Notes under the pieces: generated by a model | Databases searched by the model: none | Told to the model about the DNA's origin: nothing | What the model saw: the letters and a program-made list of their open reading frames with translations, nothing else | Shown here: piece after piece, positions 38,486 to 48,882 of the stretch | Numbering within the stretch: position 1 is the stretch's first letter | How the letters are laid out: each line of letters opens with the position of its first letter | Origin: an uncultured delta proteobacterium | Lineage (GTDB): Bacteria > Desulfobacterota > Syntrophia > Syntrophales > UBA2185 | Direction: 5' to 3' | DNA: 64,000 nucleotides | NCBI GenBank assembly: GCA_963729715.1 | Contig: CAVSPA010000007.1 | Coordinates: forward strand, 384,001-448,000 | Position numbers and translations under genes: made by a program

Positions 38486-40459
38486 ATGAGAGATAAAGAC
38501 AAGTCGAAAGAGCAATCGACGAAGAGATCAAAAAATATACGTAGGCCTGAATCGAAATCGGGAGCGGGCAAGTCACAGCGGACCCAGCCTGAGAGATTGC
38601 AGACAGAAACTGCACCCTACATTCTGATTGTTGAAGACTCAGCAAAGATTCTTAAGCCTCTGACGGATATTCTTGTCAATCGCGGCTATCGGGTATGCCA
38701 TGCCGCAAGCGGACAAGCGGCGCTAACATCAGTTACGGGAGAAACCCCCGATCTGATCCTGCTCAATACGCAATTGCCGGACATGGAGGGCCATGAGGTC
38801 TGTCGTCGTTTGAAATCCAACAAGAAGAGCCGCATGATCCCCGTCATCTTCATCGGCCTTCTTGAAGAAGTATCCATCAAGATCAAGGGCTTCGATGCCG
38901 GGGCCGTCGATTACATCACTAGGCCGTTCCGACAGGCGGAGGTCCTGGCCAAAGTCAAAACACATCTGAATCTGCGGCGCCTGCAAGATCAACTGGATGC
39001 GCAAACGCTCGAACTCCAGCGGGAGATGAACATTCGCAAAGAGACGGAAGCGGCCCTGCGTGTGGCTGAGCGACTGGCGTCCGATACCCTTGATTTTATG
39101 CCTGATGCGACATTTGCCATTGATCGGGAAGGGATAGTCATTGCATGGAACCGGGCCATGGAAGAGATGACCGGGATCCGGGCGGAGGATATGCTTGGGA
39201 AAGGGGATCATGAATATTCACTGCCGTTTTACGGAACAAGGAGACCGAAACTGATTGATTTCGTATTCCAGGCGGATGAGGCAATCGAGAAGCAATATCT
39301 CTTTGTCCGGAAACAGGGCACCGCCCTTCTCGCCGAAGCAATGGTGACACTAAATGAGGAAAATATTAAGGTCTGGGAAAAGGCAAGCCCATTATATAAT
39401 GAGACGGGCGATATCATCGGCGCCATTGAGTCGATTCGCGACATTTCGGAGCACACGCTGACCGAGGAATCCCTGCGCCAGGCCGAGGCCGAATATCGAG
39501 GCCTTTTCGAAAACGCCCAGGAAGGCATCTTCCGGTCAACCGTCGAAGGACGGTTCATTATAGCAAATCAAGCTCTGGCATCCATGCTCTCCTACAGCTC
39601 TCCCAGAGAACTCCTTAACGCCATCACCGATATCCCTCAGCAGCTCTATGTCAATCCGGACGAGCATGAAGTACTAAAGCAGATGATTAGAGACTACGGT
39701 CCCACGAAGGGATTTGAGACTCAGTATTACCGCAAGGACGGCACCAAGATATGGGTTTCCGTCAACATGCAAGCCGTTCGCGATACAGCCGGTCAGACGC
39801 TATACTACGAAGGCATTCTCGAAGATATTACAGTGAGTAGGAAAGCTGAAGAGGAACGCAAATGGAATCTTCAGCGGTTGCGTCAGACGGTGCGGGCGAC
39901 CATCCAGGCCATGGCCATGGTCGTGGAAGCGAGGGATCCATATACGGCCGGCCACCAGAGGCGAGTTTCGAACCTTGCCCGTACCATTGCCACGGAAATG
40001 GGCCTTTCACGCGACAGGATAGACGGAATTCGCATGATGGGCGCCATCCACGATATCGGCAAGATATCCATTCCCGCCGAGATCCTCAGCAAGCCCACGA
40101 AACTTAATGACATGGAATTCGGTCTGATAAAAGCACACGCGCAGGCCGGTTACGACATATTGAAGGAGATAGAGTTTCCCTGGCCTGTCGCGGAAATCAT
40201 ACTTCAACATCATGAAAAGCTAAACGGTTCAGGATATCCCCAGGGGCTGAAGGGTGATGAGATTCTTCTCGAGGCAAGAATCGTAGGCGTTGCCGATAAG
40301 GTGGAAGCCATGGCATCGCACCGTCCATACAGGCCGTCCCTCGGTTTAGAAGAAACCCTGGCAGACCTCTATGAGAACAGAGGCACCCTTTACGATGCTG
40401 ACGCTGTGGATGTCTGCATGAAACTCTTCCATGAGAAGCATTATCAGATGAATGGATAA
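38486..40459 (+). CDS. (Pseudo)receiver-PAS-PAS-HD-GYP phosphodiesterase
   Basis: REC fold, two PAS/PAC domains, RDPYTAGH, HDIGK, HHEKLNGSGYP, HRPYR. Confidence 0.92.
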   Translation: MRDKDKSKEQSTKRSKNIRRPESKSGAGKSQRTQPERLQTETAPYILIVEDSAKILKPLTDILVNRGYRVCHAASGQAALTSVTGETPDLILLNTQLPDMEGHEVCRRLKSNKKSRMIPVIFIGLLEEVSIKIKGFDAGAVDYITRPFRQAEVLAKVKTHLNLRRLQDQLDAQTLELQREMNIRKETEAALRVAERLASDTLDFMPDATFAIDREGIVIAWNRAMEEMTGIRAEDMLGKGDHEYSLPFYGTRRPKLIDFVFQADEAIEKQYLFVRKQGTALLAEAMVTLNEENIKVWEKASPLYNETGDIIGAIESIRDISEHTLTEESLRQAEAEYRGLFENAQEGIFRSTVEGRFIIANQALASMLSYSSPRELLNAITDIPQQLYVNPDEHEVLKQMIRDYGPTKGFETQYYRKDGTKIWVSVNMQAVRDTAGQTLYYEGILEDITVSRKAEEERKWNLQRLRQTVRATIQAMAMVVEARDPYTAGHQRRVSNLARTIATEMGLSRDRIDGIRMMGAIHDIGKISIPAEILSKPTKLNDMEFGLIKAHAQAGYDILKEIEFPWPVAEIILQHHEKLNGSGYPQGLKGDEILLEARIVGVADKVEAMASHRPYRPSLGLEETLADLYENRGTLYDADAVDVCMKLFHEKHYQMNG

Positions 40460-40569
40460 TGGCTCGTTGCGATCTCGAGCTTGCTATGAGGTAGGCCGTT
40501 GTCTGACTATTAGCAGCAGTCAATATTAATTTCGACCATCCAATCATGATCTTGGTGGTGCAGTTATCT

Positions 40570-41295
40570 CTAATCTTCTTCCATTTTATATTTTTTCTGA
40601 CTAAAAAGCCCCAAACAGGTATCAACAACTTCCGGGTCATAGAGTATGCCCCTGTTTCCTCTAATGTCATACAATGCTGCATCAATTCCCAGGGCCGGCC
40701 TGTAGGGCCGGTGGTAAGAAATACCATTCACCACATCGGAGACAGCCAGTATCCGTGACTCCAGAAGAAGTTGATCTCCATTCGTCCCATGCGGATATCC
40801 TGAACCATTTATCCTCTCATGATGCTCAAGAACCATCCTTGGGATGGGCCACGGAAATGCAATGTCCTTCAGCATTTCATACCCCGACTGCGCATGAATT
40901 TTCACCAGCTCGAATTCAGACTCCGTCAATCTCCTCGGTTTATTGAGGATGTCTGCGGAAACTGATATTTTGCCGATATCGTGAATCAGGCCTGCTATGC
41001 GGATGCCCTCATTCTGATCACTCTTAAGATTCATTTCTATTCCAATCGCATTGGCAAGGCCGGCCACCCTCCGATGGTGATCCGCCTTGTATGGATCTCT
41101 CGTTTCAATAATCTCAGCTATGGACTGAGCGGCTTCCATGAGCTGTCTGTACGCGGTTTCCGTTATGGCAGATGCAGATAAGCCAAGCTTCATTTCAGGC
41201 CCTGATCTTTTCGCTTCGATGAGGAGCAAACGCATTTCTTCCAATTTATAAAAAATCCTTTGTTTCGTCTTGTCCTCGTCGTTCATTTGCGTCAT
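40570..41295 (-). CDS. HD-GYP domain protein
   Basis: RDPY, HDIGK, HHERINGSGYP, HRPYRPALG. Confidence 0.9.
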   Translation of the reverse strand: MTQMNDEDKTKQRIFYKLEEMRLLLIEAKRSGPEMKLGLSASAITETAYRQLMEAAQSIAEIIETRDPYKADHHRRVAGLANAIGIEMNLKSDQNEGIRIAGLIHDIGKISVSADILNKPRRLTESEFELVKIHAQSGYEMLKDIAFPWPIPRMVLEHHERINGSGYPHGTNGDQLLLESRILAVSDVVNGISYHRPYRPALGIDAALYDIRGNRGILYDPEVVDTCLGLFSQKKYKMEED

Positions 41296-41400
41296 CTTAA
41301 TTCACATAAATCAAAAAACTGCCTTGATGTACAGAATTTGGTTCCCGATTTCTTGGCATTCTGTCGGCGAAAAATTTGAAATATCATCGAGGCCGATTGA

Positions 41401-42339
41401 TCAAGTCACATTAGCTGAATCGTATTTTGCTTCAATCTTTTTGATCAAATCGAATAGTCTCTGATTTACCGGTGTGGGAACGTTGTACTGTCTCCCCAGC
41501 GCGATAACCTTGCCGGCAAACATCTCCACCTCTGTTTTCCTGCCGGCCTCCACATCTTGAAGCATGGAGGTCTTTCCCTGCGGATTCAAATCGAGGAGAA
41601 TTTCATTAAACCTTTTGATGTCCTCATGGGTGAGATTCACCTGCGCCTTCCCAGAAAGCTTTATGACCTCCCGCATGGCGGATTCCATCAGGTCTCTGGC
41701 CTCCGCAGAGGTTTGAAATACTGAGAATGGCGCACGTAGTACGGCTGATGCCTGATTGATCCCGACGTTGATCATGAACTTCCACCACATGATGCGCATC
41801 ATATCAGGCGGCGTTTCATAGATGATCCCCGCCTTATCGAAGAGGGCCTGAATGCGTTTAACCCGGTTTGTAGGAGATGCATTTTTTGCTTCTCCAAAGA
41901 ATATTTTCCCCTGGTTGCTGTAATTGATCCGGTTCCCTTCTCTGAGCGCATCGATGCCTACGGAAACTGCGAAGAGAACCTTTTCCATCCCGTAGACGGC
42001 TCCAATCCGATCCTCGCTCTCTATGCCATTCATAACGGATATGATGGCGGTTTCCGTCCCCACCCTGTTCTTCATGTCCCGTATGGCGTCATCGAGATGA
42101 TGGTATTTTACAGCGACGATAATGAGGTCGGCAGGCGCCGACAGATCTTCCGGCGGGATAACAGGAATGAAGTAACGCTTGCCGTTGACAATCAGTCCCT
42201 CTTTACGGAGCCGCTCCAGACGCTCACCTCCGGCAACAAATGAGGCTGCACGCGTATCCATGTCATAGAGGAGACAGCCGTAGGCGGCCCCCAATGCCCC
42301 TGCCCCGATAATGGATATTGTTTCAATCGCTGGTTTCAT
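41401..42339 (-). CDS. panE: 2-dehydropantoate 2-reductase (PanE/ApbA family)
   Basis: IIGAGALG, AVK, MNG, W.KF..N.GIN, SMLQD..AGR.TE. Confidence 0.88.
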   Translation of the reverse strand: MKPAIETISIIGAGALGAAYGCLLYDMDTRAASFVAGGERLERLRKEGLIVNGKRYFIPVIPPEDLSAPADLIIVAVKYHHLDDAIRDMKNRVGTETAIISVMNGIESEDRIGAVYGMEKVLFAVSVGIDALREGNRINYSNQGKIFFGEAKNASPTNRVKRIQALFDKAGIIYETPPDMMRIMWWKFMINVGINQASAVLRAPFSVFQTSAEARDLMESAMREVIKLSGKAQVNLTHEDIKRFNEILLDLNPQGKTSMLQDVEAGRKTEVEMFAGKVIALGRQYNVPTPVNQRLFDLIKKIEAKYDSANVT

Positions 42340-42463
42340 GTTCTCTCCTATATAATGCGGCAGCAGTTATAATGATGTGATTCGTATCACGCTCAGCGCT
42401 TAGACCGCCTGCACATCATATTCCGTTTATGAGGCTAAAACACCGGAGAAAAAATTTATCGCG

Positions 42464-43240
42464 CTAATCCTCAATAATGGCGATGGGGCGGCACCATCCC
42501 GCCGAGGCGCGTTTTATCTTTACGGGAAAACAGCAGACGCTGAACCCGTGGAATCGGCCTATGGCGCTGAAGTTGGCCATCTTCTCCATGTGGCAATATC
42601 CCATGTCGATGCCGGCGAAGTGGGCCTCCCAGATGACCTTGGGATTACCCGTCTCTTTGAATTCTTTCGCCAGATAAGGCAGAGGACGATCCCAGCTCCA
42701 GGCATCGATCCCCACAACACGCACGCCTTTTTCAATCAGGAACAGGGTGCTTTCACGGTCCATGCCCGCTCCCCGGGTAAGATACTCCGGCTTTCCCCAG
42801 GCCGCGTCTGCACCCGTCCAGATGAGGACGATGTCGAGAGGCTTGATCTCATACCGGATGCGCTCCAGTTCCTTTTTGACATCTGCTACGGTGATCCTCT
42901 CACCATCGCCCTTGAGGCGGAGGTCGAGGAGGACGCCGCTGCTGAAACACCACTCGAGAGGCACCTCGTCGATAGTCGTGGATGGCTTTCCCCGATCCAT
43001 CGTGGGGTGGTAGTGATAGGGGGCATCCATGTGAGTCCCGCTGTGCGTCGTAAGATTGATGAACTCCAGGGCCCAGCCCACACCGCCGGGGAGCTGGTCC
43101 TTTCGGATGCCTGGAAAGAAGTCGAGCATCTGGTCGGCGCCCATGCCGTGATCGACATAGTCAATCTTCGGCATCATCATCGGCGGATCCGATGGCAGGC
43201 CGGATTCGATACTGATACTCAGGTCAACGAAGCGTTTCAT
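42464..43240 (-). CDS. Cyclase family protein (kynurenine formamidase-like)
   Basis: HSGTHMDAPYH, VGIDAWSWD, C-terminal P.KI...S.GW.R. Confidence 0.9.
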   Translation of the reverse strand: MKRFVDLSISIESGLPSDPPMMMPKIDYVDHGMGADQMLDFFPGIRKDQLPGGVGWALEFINLTTHSGTHMDAPYHYHPTMDRGKPSTTIDEVPLEWCFSSGVLLDLRLKGDGERITVADVKKELERIRYEIKPLDIVLIWTGADAAWGKPEYLTRGAGMDRESTLFLIEKGVRVVGIDAWSWDRPLPYLAKEFKETGNPKVIWEAHFAGIDMGYCHMEKMANFSAIGRFHGFSVCCFPVKIKRASAGWCRPIAIIED

Positions 43241-43325
43241 AGGAACTTCTCCTTTGATGATAGTCGCTCGTCCCGGTATTTTTCATCACCCTGAAAATTT
43301 TCCGCAGTCGTTACTTACGCGAACG

Positions 43326-43592
43326 CTACGGCTTCTGCGCCGGCGCTGGTGCTTGCGGGACTGCCCGTTTTTCCATTGTCTCCCGCTGTTTGTCGGAATA
43401 TTTCATCACCTTTTCTATCCCCATCTCATCCGGGGACAGCCATTCACATTTCCCTGTATAATGGTCACAGGCAAGCCCGGTAAGACTATTGGTAATATGA
43501 AAGAACTGGTATCTATTCGCCATCCCGTAAATGAAAATAGCGAGCGCAAACAAAACAAGAACCGCTACTCTGAAAAACTTTTCAAAATTCAT
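43326..43592 (-). CDS. Small membrane-anchored hypothetical protein
   Basis: AAGGAG RBS; TM helix then RYQF...D.YTGK. Confidence 0.65.
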   Translation of the reverse strand: MNFEKFFRVAVLVLFALAIFIYGMANRYQFFHITNSLTGLACDHYTGKCEWLSPDEMGIEKVMKYSDKQRETMEKRAVPQAPAPAQKP

Positions 43593-43662
43593 GTAAACTC
43601 CTTTCCTGGATGTTAAAGTATTTGTAATGCATCTTCAGCATGCTTCTTTGCCATTATTTTTT

Positions 43663-46600
43663 TTACGTGCGCGACAAAAGCTCTTTTCTGATCGCCGTTC
43701 CAATCTTCTCAAGTATGTACGGTTTCCTGACATAGGCGCCCGCCCCGAGCTCCAGGGCCTTCTTTACACGCTCCGTCTCCGAAAAACCGCTCACTATTAT
43801 TGCCTTCTGCTTCGGGTTGATGGCGAGAATCCGCCGGTACGTCTCCAGTCCGTCCATCCCGGGGTCCATGATCATGTCCAGTACAATGAGATCAGCCTTA
43901 TGCGAACTGAGGTAGGCAACCGCCTCCTCTCCGCTCGAAACAGCCTCTACCCTGTAGCACAGCCTCGTCAACATGCTACCTGCCACCTCACGCTGCTCCT
44001 TCACATCATCCACCACCAGAATCGTTTCACCCTTGCCCATGTAATGCTCAGGAGATGTCTTCTGCTCTTCCCCGGTCAGCTCCTCCCTCGTGGCCGGCAG
44101 GTAGATCGTGAAAGTGCTCCCTCTCCCATCCTCGCTTTGCACATCTATGTACCCGTCATGATCCTTCACCGTTCCCCACACAACTGCAAGTCCCAAGCCT
44201 GTCCCGCTTCTCCCCATGACCTTCTTCGTATAGAAGGGTTCGAATATCTTCTTGATGTCAGAAGCGGAGATACCCCTGCCGTTGTCCGATACCGTCAGAA
44301 CCACATAATCCCCTTCCCGCACATCATCATAGCCCCCGATGGGTTTATCGATGTAGCAGTTCTTCGTCCGAATTATCACTTCCCCCTCGTCGGATATGGC
44401 CTCTGACGCATTCGAGACAAGATTCATTATGGTCTTCCCCAAGTGAACCTGAGACCCTTTGATATTCAATAGACCCTTCTCAAGATCGGCCTTGAGACTC
44501 ACAGATGGATGATGCGCCTTAAGCTTCTCAAATTCCGGGGTCTCCAAAAAGTCCTCAATCACGCGATTGAGATTTACAACCTCCGAAACAGCCACACCCC
44601 GTCTGGCCAGTGTCAAGAGGTCCTGAATGATCGCAGCCGCCCTCTGGCTGGACAGCATGATATTGGAAATGTGCCTCCTCCACGGATTCCCTTCCGGGAT
44701 CTCCATAAGAAGCAGCTCGGAGTACCCCACAAGAACCCCCAGGACATTATTGAGGTCATGAGCTACACCGCCTGCGAGGGTTCCCAATGCCTCCATCTTC
44801 TCCGAACGATGCAAACGCTCCTCCAGCTTCTTTCGCTCCGTGTTGTCACGTATACACTCTATAGCGGCAATAATATCGCCCCTCGAATCCCTCAAGACAG
44901 AGGCGGTTGCGGAAAGATGGACATTGCCGGGAGGCAAATTCGGCGTAAATGATTCACCAAAGAGTATGTCTCCCATCCTCTGGATTGATGTGTAATGCTT
45001 TTCCATCTCCCGATTGGGATGGAGCGCAAGATCAATAAGAATAGGCCTTCTGTCCCCGTAGAAGGGCAGGGCGTATTCATAATTCCCCTTGCCGAGCATC
45101 TTCTCGGCCCTGATTCCCGTCATTGATTCTATGGCCCGATTCCAGGCCATCACCTTCCCATCCTTATCAATGACAAGTGTGGCGTCGGGCAGGAACTCTA
45201 TGATCTCCGAGAGTCTCATCTGGGATTCCCTTAACCGCTCATCCATCCGCGCGCGTTCCGTTACATCACGGAAGCTCCAGACCCTTCCCACAACTTCATC
45301 TCCCATCTTCTGCGGTTGTGAGTATCGTTCAAATATCCGGCCATCTTTAAATTCCAGTACGTCAAAGCTCTGGGCTTCGGGTCGAGAATACAGAAATTTC
45401 ACTTTTTCGATAAAACCCTTGTAATCTTTCAGTTGATCCAGCACGAAGGCTAATATTTTATCGTCATTTCCCGAGGCGCCGAGCGACCGGGGAATACGCC
45501 ACATGGAGAGAAATTTATTATTAACGCTGGATACTCTGCCGTCTTTATCAACGACAAGAATGCCGTCGGCAGTAGATTCTAATGTTGCCGTCAAAAGGGA
45601 AATGGACTGTCGCAGCTTCTCGTCAGTATGTTTGCGCTCGGTAATGTCGCTTATGAAATTCAGAAGCGCCGGTTTATCTCTCCAGGAAATTGGAGTTGCA
45701 TGGGCCTCCACCCACTTGACGGTTCCATCCTCAGCAACAACCCTGAAGGAGAAGCTGAGGGGGTCTTTTTCGCCCTTTATCCTCTCCGCATAGAATCCTA
45801 GTACTGCCTCACGGTCATCGGGGTATATGAACTCGATAAAAGGCCTCGATGTTAATATCTCTTCAGAATAACCTATAATATCCACTGCCTCACGGTTGAC
45901 AAATTTCAGCATGCCATCCCGGGCAATACAAATTGCCTCCCCTGCGTTCTCCACCACCAGACGATACTTTTCCTCGCTCTCTATCAGGGCTTTCTCGGTT
46001 CGTTTGCGGTCTGTGATGTCTTGGAGGGTTTCCACGGCGCCAATCAGATTGCCTTGCGTGTCCCGGATAGTCGCTGCCGTGAAGCGAAGCCAGCTGCCGC
46101 CATTACTCAAGTCCGGAAAGAAATCTGACGCCTCATAAGCTTCTTCGAGGAGGTTCGATTTTTCGTATCTCCCGGCGTACAATTCAGGAATTTCGTCGAA
46201 ATCCTCCTCTACCAGCAGATCCGCCATACATGGCCGTTCGTCGTTGTAAAAAGCCCTGCAGTGACCAGAGGTACCTATCACTTCATCGGCCCTGATCCGG
46301 CTCAATTCTTCAAGAGCCCTGTTCCAGTAGACGACCTTGTGTTCTTTGTCGATAACGAAAGTGGAAATGGGGGAACCCTGGACGATGCTGTGCAATCTGT
46401 CCTCGCTTTCCCGGAGCGCCGATTCCGTTCGTTTGCGTTCTGTAAGATCGCGGCCGATTCCATAGCGGCCGATGGGCTCTTCATTTGCGTCACGCAATGT
46501 GGTTACATTGAATTCCACGGGAATCCTCCTCCCGCTTTTATGGATAATGTCGACTTCATAGGGAGCGCTTTTCTCACCCCTGATTCCCCTTTTGAATTGG

Positions 46601-46908
46601 GCAGCGGCTATCTTCTTGGCTTCATGGGCCAGTATATCTGTGAAGGGCCGGCCGACGAGTTCAGAAGACGTACGCCCTGTGACCATTTCAAACCTCGGGT
46701 TAACATAGGTGTAGAGGCCCTTTCGGTCTACTGTAAAGACAAAGTCCAGCGTCGATTCAATCAGTGTCCGATATTTTTCTTCACTTTCTCTAAGTGCTGT
46801 TTCCGTCTTTTTGCTCTCAGTACCCAATCTCTCCAGTTCTGTAATCCTCTGCTGCAATTTTCCCAGTTCATCAATAAGCTGCTGCTTCGTCCTTTTGTCT
46901 TCTGTCAT
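43663..46908 (-). CDS. Multi-PAS hybrid sensor histidine kinase
   Basis: Five PAS/PAC units, LAGGVAHDLNN, FEPFYTKK..G.GLGL, C-terminal REC with intact DD/D/S/K. Confidence 0.93.
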   Translation of the reverse strand: MTEDKRTKQQLIDELGKLQQRITELERLGTESKKTETALRESEEKYRTLIESTLDFVFTVDRKGLYTYVNPRFEMVTGRTSSELVGRPFTDILAHEAKKIAAAQFKRGIRGEKSAPYEVDIIHKSGRRIPVEFNVTTLRDANEEPIGRYGIGRDLTERKRTESALRESEDRLHSIVQGSPISTFVIDKEHKVVYWNRALEELSRIRADEVIGTSGHCRAFYNDERPCMADLLVEEDFDEIPELYAGRYEKSNLLEEAYEASDFFPDLSNGGSWLRFTAATIRDTQGNLIGAVETLQDITDRKRTEKALIESEEKYRLVVENAGEAICIARDGMLKFVNREAVDIIGYSEEILTSRPFIEFIYPDDREAVLGFYAERIKGEKDPLSFSFRVVAEDGTVKWVEAHATPISWRDKPALLNFISDITERKHTDEKLRQSISLLTATLESTADGILVVDKDGRVSSVNNKFLSMWRIPRSLGASGNDDKILAFVLDQLKDYKGFIEKVKFLYSRPEAQSFDVLEFKDGRIFERYSQPQKMGDEVVGRVWSFRDVTERARMDERLRESQMRLSEIIEFLPDATLVIDKDGKVMAWNRAIESMTGIRAEKMLGKGNYEYALPFYGDRRPILIDLALHPNREMEKHYTSIQRMGDILFGESFTPNLPPGNVHLSATASVLRDSRGDIIAAIECIRDNTERKKLEERLHRSEKMEALGTLAGGVAHDLNNVLGVLVGYSELLLMEIPEGNPWRRHISNIMLSSQRAAAIIQDLLTLARRGVAVSEVVNLNRVIEDFLETPEFEKLKAHHPSVSLKADLEKGLLNIKGSQVHLGKTIMNLVSNASEAISDEGEVIIRTKNCYIDKPIGGYDDVREGDYVVLTVSDNGRGISASDIKKIFEPFYTKKVMGRSGTGLGLAVVWGTVKDHDGYIDVQSEDGRGSTFTIYLPATREELTGEEQKTSPEHYMGKGETILVVDDVKEQREVAGSMLTRLCYRVEAVSSGEEAVAYLSSHKADLIVLDMIMDPGMDGLETYRRILAINPKQKAIIVSGFSETERVKKALELGAGAYVRKPYILEKIGTAIRKELLSRT

Positions 46909-47055
46909 GGCAATGCCCCACTCGGCTAAACGGTTTCTTACTTACATGTTCATTCGCTGATGGACTTTGATTGCCTTTCTGTAACAGGGGATTAGCGCGG
47001 ATATCGCCAGGCGTGCTTTGGGGGGTTCGGGAAGATTCTTTGATCTTTCGTTCCG

Positions 47056-48756
47056 TCAATCACCGATCCTGAATATCCTCAAGCCGCAGGGTTCAATGTC
47101 AATCTCAATGTCACCACCCTGCGCTTCATGCCGGTCTCCGCCAATTCTGTCCTCCATCCAAATCTGCTTTGCACCCTTTAGAAACGGCGAAAGGTCAATC
47201 TGCAAATGGTAGCCATTATGTACATCGAGATTTGCAAAGATCAGATACCCATTGTCCGTTTCTTTATTAAGGCGGCGCAAGGCGCCCAGCACTGCACCGT
47301 GGCCGTTGTCGATAAATTCGAGATTCCCGTCCTGATGAAACACGGGTGACTCTGTGAGCACACGGTTTATATTTCTTATGCCTTCGGCAATATATAAATT
47401 GTCCTTGAATTTATATTTCTCTTTCCTGCCGATAAAATCTATTTTTTCAGGATGCCCATATTCAACCCCCTGGACTATGCCGGTCTGCCCCGTACCCATG
47501 AGAGTTGTAATCGCATACCGCGGCACGGCGGCCTCGGCCTTGCCAAAAAGCTGGGCTGGAGCGCCTGTATCATGCGTGGTGATTGGTATATGGAAACGCA
47601 CCTTCCGCGCGATGTAATGAATGTAATTGAGGTAGCTGCGAAGATTATAGGCATAAGGGTATTCCCACTGGTTGGCAAGAAAGAGGTTGATCTGCCCTTC
47701 GGCCGCTCTTTTCATGATAGTGTTAGAATCTGTAAAGTACTCGGCCATAATAACGAGGTTAGGGTAGGCTCCGCGCAACTCTTCAAGGAGACTCGCAACA
47801 AACCCTTCGTGGCTTGAATGCAGGTTGTCGAGACGGATTATGCCGCCCGTAAGCTCAGCGAAATACGACCAGAACAGGGAATATTTTTTCATATAATCCC
47901 AGATGTCGTTGCGGATGTCAGAATGCGGATGGTCATAATATATTTTTACAAGGTCCCCCCATTTCAGCCAGGAGTTCATATGCCAGCAGCCCGCACGCTT
48001 CAGTCCATCTTTCTCACTCTTGTCAGGAACTATCCACTCCGGACACATCTGCACCATCTTACTCCTGACCCCTATGTGATTGAACACGAGGTCAAAACAA
48101 AGCCGGATCCCCAGCTCTTTCGCTTTTTCAACAAATTTTTCAAAGTCGGCAAAATCGTATCCGTTCTCTTTTCCACCGTAGGCCTTATCAATAGAAAATA
48201 GATCGTGAGCTGAATAGGGGCTTTCAGAAATATCAAGGCTGGTAATGGGCAGGAGATGAACGGCGTTAAAACCAAGCCCTGCGATGTGAGGCAGAAGCTC
48301 AATCCAGTCGCTGATGGTACCTGAGACCGGTACTATCATGGTGTACATCCTTATATCCTTCGAAGCCTCCGGATCTACGATCACGTGGCTGAAAGGGACT
48401 CTGTCCCAGTACCAGGTCTTGCCATCATCGAGAGAATATTTTAATTTGAATTTGTAGCTGCCGCAGAGCTTTGCTTTATATGACAGGCTGTAGATATTGT
48501 CCTTTTCCCGTTTAAATTCAAGCTCCCGCCATTCATCCTCCGGGCAGTCGATATTCGTATATAGAAAAACCTTGGCGCGGGTATTTTCCTGCTGGAATTC
48601 TACCTCCAAATAGAAGTCGTCATTCTGATAGATTCTGAAAAATTCATTGGGAACTACGGGGAAGGAACGGTGCAAAAGGCCTTCTTTGCCTATCCTCATA
48701 TTTCGGGATTTGAGCTCGGGAATTTCAAAAGGAAGGAAAGATGGCTTTGCATCCAT
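47056..48756 (-). CDS. GH13 alpha-amylase family glycosyl hydrolase/glucanotransferase
   Basis: GFNAVHLLP, SPYS, DLVFNH, WGDLVK, RLDN.HS, AEYF, THD catalytic regions. Confidence 0.85.
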   Translation of the reverse strand: MDAKPSFLPFEIPELKSRNMRIGKEGLLHRSFPVVPNEFFRIYQNDDFYLEVEFQQENTRAKVFLYTNIDCPEDEWRELEFKREKDNIYSLSYKAKLCGSYKFKLKYSLDDGKTWYWDRVPFSHVIVDPEASKDIRMYTMIVPVSGTISDWIELLPHIAGLGFNAVHLLPITSLDISESPYSAHDLFSIDKAYGGKENGYDFADFEKFVEKAKELGIRLCFDLVFNHIGVRSKMVQMCPEWIVPDKSEKDGLKRAGCWHMNSWLKWGDLVKIYYDHPHSDIRNDIWDYMKKYSLFWSYFAELTGGIIRLDNLHSSHEGFVASLLEELRGAYPNLVIMAEYFTDSNTIMKRAAEGQINLFLANQWEYPYAYNLRSYLNYIHYIARKVRFHIPITTHDTGAPAQLFGKAEAAVPRYAITTLMGTGQTGIVQGVEYGHPEKIDFIGRKEKYKFKDNLYIAEGIRNINRVLTESPVFHQDGNLEFIDNGHGAVLGALRRLNKETDNGYLIFANLDVHNGYHLQIDLSPFLKGAKQIWMEDRIGGDRHEAQGGDIEIDIEPCGLRIFRIGD

Positions 48757-48853
48757 AGTTCAGATCCTGACCTGGATATCCGTATTTGTCGAGAACGTAA
48801 TTACTAACATATAAAGCCCTTCATATCAACAGTGTTGCAGATATTGTTGGCTC

Positions 48854-48882
48854 TTGACATACAATCACCTTTCTTCTATATT
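48854..48882 (+). promoter_or_regulatory. Sigma70 promoter
   Basis: TTGACA-N17-TATATT. Confidence 0.6.
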
